A stretch of 64,000 bases of DNA from an uncultured bacterium. GTDB taxonomy: Bacteria > Actinomycetota > Acidimicrobiia > Spongiisociales > UBA5794. The notes beneath the pieces are model-generated. The model was not told where the DNA came from and did not search any database. It worked only from the letters and a program-made list of their open reading frames with translations. The DNA lies in the NCBI GenBank assembly GCA_963801165.1, contig CAWDDT010000005.1:96001-160000 (forward strand), given 5' to 3'. Position numbers and translations under genes: made by a program. This document shows positions 60,605-64,000 of this stretch, piece after piece (the stretch's first letter is position 1; every line of letters starts with the position of its first letter).

Positions 60605-63600
60605 TTGACTGCCCAAAACATCATGGTCGATGGCAACGAGGCCGCCGCCAGGATCGCCCACGCGCTTTCCGAGGTAATCGCCATCTACCCCATCACGCCT
60701 TCATCACCCATGGGCGAGCTCGCCGACTCCTGGTCGCAGAACGGTCAGACCAACATCTGGGGCGTCATCCCCGACGTGACCGAGATGCAGAGCGAGGGCG
60801 GTGCCGCCGGGGCCGTACACGGAGCGCTCCAGGCCGGCTCGATGTGCACCACCTTCACCGCCTCGCAGGGCTTGCTGTTGATGATCCCCAACATGTACAA
60901 GATCGCCGGTGAGCTGACCCCGGCCGTCTTCCACGTGGCCGCCCGGACCATCGCCACCCACGCCCTCAGCATCTTCGGGGACCATTCAGACGTAATGGCC
61001 ACCCGCCAAACCGGATTCGCCCTCCTCGCCTCCTCTTCGGTGCAAGAAGCTCACGACATCGCCCTGGTCGCCCATGCCGCGACCTTGCGGGCCCGGGTCC
61101 CGTTCGTGCACTTCTTCGACGGGTTCCGGACCTCCCACGAGGTCAAGAAGATCACGGCGATCGGCAAGGACACGATCAGGGCCATGATCGACGACGACCT
61201 CGTCACCGCTCACCGGCTGCGGGCGCTCAACCCCAACGTCCCCAAGCTCCGGGGAACCGCCCAGAACCCGGACGTGTTCTTCCAGGCACGGGAAGCATCG
61301 AACCCGTTCTACGACTCCACACCGGGCATCGTCCAGGAAGAGATGGACAAGCTGGCTGCCCTCATCGGGCGGCACTACCACCTGTTCGACTATCACGGCG
61401 CTCCCGATGCTGAAAGGGTCATCGTGTTGATGGGCTCCGGTGTCGGCGCGGCCAAGGAAGCAGTTGACCACCTCGTCGCCGCAGGCGAGAAGGTCGGCAT
61501 GGTGACGGTCCATCTGTACCGGCCGTTCTCCGTCGATCACTTCGTCTCGGCGCTGCCGGACACGGTCAAGCAGGTAGCTGTGCTCGACCGTACCAAGGAG
61601 CCCGGGGCGATCGGTGAGCCGCTCTATCTCGACGTCGTCGCCGCTTTTGCGGAGAAGGGCGGAGGTCCCCGGGTCATCGGCGGCCGCTACGGCCTCTCGT
61701 CGAAGGAATTCGACCCGGCGATGGCGATGACTGTGCTCGACGAGCTCGCCAAAGACGAGCCCAAGAAGCATTTCACCATCGGCATCACCGATGACGTCAC
61801 CAACCTGAGCCTGCCGGTCGAGCGCATCTGGCGAGAGCGTGCCGATGTTGTCCAGAGCGTCTTCTTCGGCCTCGGCGCCGACGGTACGGTCGGCGCCAAC
61901 AAGAACTCCGTGAAGATCATCGGTGAGAACACCGACAGGGCGGCGCAGGCCTACTTCGTCTACGACTCGAAGAAGTCGGGTGCGATGACCGTGTCCCACC
62001 TGCGCTTCGGCCCGGGCGAGATCGACTCCACCTACCTGATCCGCAAGGCGAACTTCGTGGCTTGCCACCAGTTCAACTTCATGGACAAGATCGACGTTCT
62101 CGACGTCGCCGATGAGGGAGCGACGTTCCTGCTCAACAGCCCGTACGGCCCGGACGAGGTGTGGGACGAGCTCCCCGCCAATGCCCAGCAGCACCTCATC
62201 GACAAGAAGCTGAAGTTCTACGTCGTCGACGCCACCGCCGTTGCCGGAGAAGCCGGTCTCGGCCAGCGGGTCAACACCGTGCTGCAGACCTGTTTCTTCG
62301 CCCTGGCAAACATCCTGCCTCATGACGAGGCAATCGCTGCCATCAAGAACGGCATCAAGAAGGCATACGGCAAGCGGGGTCAGGTCATACTGGACAAGAA
62401 CTACGCCGCCGTCGACTCGTCGCTTGCAGCCCTCGCCGAGGTGACAATCCCGAGCGAGGTCACGTCGACCAATCAGTTGCTGGCTCCGGTACCTGCCGAC
62501 GCACCGGATTTCGTCCAGCGCGTCACCGGCATGATCGCTGCCGGCAAGGGTGACCTGCTGCCGGTGAGCGCGTTGCCCGTTGATGGGACCTTCCCGACCG
62601 GAACGACACAATACGAGAAGCGCAGCATCGCCCTGGAAATCCCGATCTGGGACCCGGAGATCTGCATCGACTGCGCCCGGTGTGCGCTGGTCTGCCCACA
62701 TGCCGCGATCCGCATGAAGGTGTACGACCCCGCGATCGCAGCCGGCACACCCGACGGCTTCCGCACCAAGCCGTGGAAGGGCCGCGACTTCGAGGGCATG
62801 AGCATGACCATCCAGGTTGCGCCCGAGGACTGCACAGGGTGCGGCGTCTGCGTCAACGTGTGCCCCGCCAAGAGCAAGTCCGAGGTCAAGCACAAAGCCA
62901 TCAACATGGAACCCAAGATGGACCATCTCGACGTCGAGAAGGAGAGCTACGAGTTCTTCCTGTCGATCCCGGACTGGGACCGCACCAAGACCGACCCGGC
63001 GACCGTCAAAGGCTCCCAGGTGCTCAAGCCACTCTTCGAGTACAGCGGCGCCTGCGCCGGTTGCGGCGAGACGCCCTACGTCAAACTGATGAGCCAGATG
63101 TTCGGCGATCGGATGATCGTCGCCAACGCCACCGGTTGCTCGTCGATCTACGGCGGCAACCTGCCGTCAACACCATGGACGGTCGACGAGAACGGGCGGG
63201 GACCGTCGTGGTCCAACTCGCTGTTCGAGGACAACGCCGAGTTCGGCCTCGGCATGCGTCTCGCGGTGGACCACCAGACCGTGATGGCGCAGGATCTCCT
63301 TGCCGAACTGGCGCCCGAGATCGGCGGCTTGGCAGGTGAGATCCTCGATGCCGACCAGTCGTCTGAAGAGGGCATCGCCAAGCAGCGCGACCGCGTAGTC
63401 GAGTTGAAGCGTGTTTTGGCCACGACGGACAGCCCACTGGCCAAGCGTCTCGACACACTCACCGACTATCTGGTCCGGATGAATGTCTGGATCATGGGCG
63501 GTGACGGTTGGGCATACGACATCGGGTTCGGCGGTCTAGATCACGTCCTCGCATCGGGCAGAGACGTCAACATCCTCGTACTCGACACCGAGGTGTATTC

Positions 63601-64000
63601 GAACACCGGCGGTCAGGCTTCCAAGTCGACTCCGAGGGCAGCGGTCGCCAAGTTCGCTGCCGGCGGCAAGGCGACGATGAAGAAGGATCTCGGGATGATC
63701 GCCATGCTCTACGGCGACGTATACGTGGCGCAGGTGTCGATGGGCGCCAACATGACCCAGGTGGCCAAGGCCTTCGCCGAGGCGGAAGCCCACCACGGGC
63801 CATCGCTGATCATTGCCCTGAGCCCCTGCATCGCCCACGGCATCGACATGTCGACGATGATGGCGCACCAGAAGGAAGCAGCCGATTCCGGCTACTGGCC
63901 GCTCTACCGGTACAGCCCGGAGGAGGCTGCCGCCGGGCGTCCCGGGATGAAACTCGACAGCAGGGCACCAAAGATGTCCTTCCGGGACTTCGCCAAGTCC
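60605..64000 (+). CDS. nifJ: Pyruvate:ferredoxin (flavodoxin) oxidoreductase, partial (runs off the window)
   Basis: TTG start after GAGGAG; DGNEAAA, YPITPSS, EMQSEGGAAG, GLGADGTVGANKN, two CxxCxxCxxxCP motifs, GACAGCGETPY, GGDGWAYDIG; missing from the ORF track because there is no stop. Confidence 0.97.
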   Translation, partial: MTAQNIMVDGNEAAARIAHALSEVIAIYPITPSSPMGELADSWSQNGQTNIWGVIPDVTEMQSEGGAAGAVHGALQAGSMCTTFTASQGLLLMIPNMYKIAGELTPAVFHVAARTIATHALSIFGDHSDVMATRQTGFALLASSSVQEAHDIALVAHAATLRARVPFVHFFDGFRTSHEVKKITAIGKDTIRAMIDDDLVTAHRLRALNPNVPKLRGTAQNPDVFFQAREASNPFYDSTPGIVQEEMDKLAALIGRHYHLFDYHGAPDAERVIVLMGSGVGAAKEAVDHLVAAGEKVGMVTVHLYRPFSVDHFVSALPDTVKQVAVLDRTKEPGAIGEPLYLDVVAAFAEKGGGPRVIGGRYGLSSKEFDPAMAMTVLDELAKDEPKKHFTIGITDDVTNLSLPVERIWRERADVVQSVFFGLGADGTVGANKNSVKIIGENTDRAAQAYFVYDSKKSGAMTVSHLRFGPGEIDSTYLIRKANFVACHQFNFMDKIDVLDVADEGATFLLNSPYGPDEVWDELPANAQQHLIDKKLKFYVVDATAVAGEAGLGQRVNTVLQTCFFALANILPHDEAIAAIKNGIKKAYGKRGQVILDKNYAAVDSSLAALAEVTIPSEVTSTNQLLAPVPADAPDFVQRVTGMIAAGKGDLLPVSALPVDGTFPTGTTQYEKRSIALEIPIWDPEICIDCARCALVCPHAAIRMKVYDPAIAAGTPDGFRTKPWKGRDFEGMSMTIQVAPEDCTGCGVCVNVCPAKSKSEVKHKAINMEPKMDHLDVEKESYEFFLSIPDWDRTKTDPATVKGSQVLKPLFEYSGACAGCGETPYVKLMSQMFGDRMIVANATGCSSIYGGNLPSTPWTVDENGRGPSWSNSLFEDNAEFGLGMRLAVDHQTVMAQDLLAELAPEIGGLAGEILDADQSSEEGIAKQRDRVVELKRVLATTDSPLAKRLDTLTDYLVRMNVWIMGGDGWAYDIGFGGLDHVLASGRDVNILVLDTEVYSNTGGQASKSTPRAAVAKFAAGGKATMKKDLGMIAMLYGDVYVAQVSMGANMTQVAKAFAEAEAHHGPSLIIALSPCIAHGIDMSTMMAHQKEAADSGYWPLYRYSPEEAAAGRPGMKLDSRAPKMSFRDFAKS

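Noticed and set aside
60986-62926. 646-aa minus-strand ORF, the longest call in the right-hand region
   Set aside because: Antisense shadow of PFOR, which the ORF track missed because it has no stop in the window.

Overview
GC-rich bacterial chromosomal segment; gene content and lipoprotein-anchored ABC binding proteins suggest an actinobacterium with anaerobic or fermentative capacity (inference). In order: partial aldo/keto reductase, DUF5946-like protein, dCMP deaminase, EamA transporter, and ppdK divergent from a group 3b (sulfhydrogenase-type) [NiFe]-hydrogenase operon. A LacI-araBDA-sugar ABC regulon follows, with three copies of a 28-bp operator. Next is an unassigned DeoR-linked sugar/polyol cluster (PHP protein, class II aldolase-SDR fusion, long Zn-dehydrogenase) divergent from a fused TPP E1 plus E2, then an AtuA pair, a HAD hydrolase, and PadR-sulfatase-anaerobic sulfatase maturase. 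A small accessory island encodes a legumain/caspase-fold protease preceded by a stand-alone paralogue of its own N-terminal domain, beside an IS481-like end remnant. The rest is a ~20-kb glycoside-utilisation locus (GH78, LacI, family-5 ABC, two GH3, frameshifted GH43, nucleoside-hydrolase fold, sulfatase, DUF202 pair, esterase), Fe-ADH, YceI/MarR and a partial pyruvate:ferredoxin oxidoreductase. No rRNA, tRNA or CRISPR array was seen. Best candidates for undescribed systems: the protease/prodomain-paralogue pair (35907-37687) and the PHP/aldolase-SDR/MDR/E1-E2 cluster (19117-28841). All family calls come from motif recognition by eye; no searches were run.
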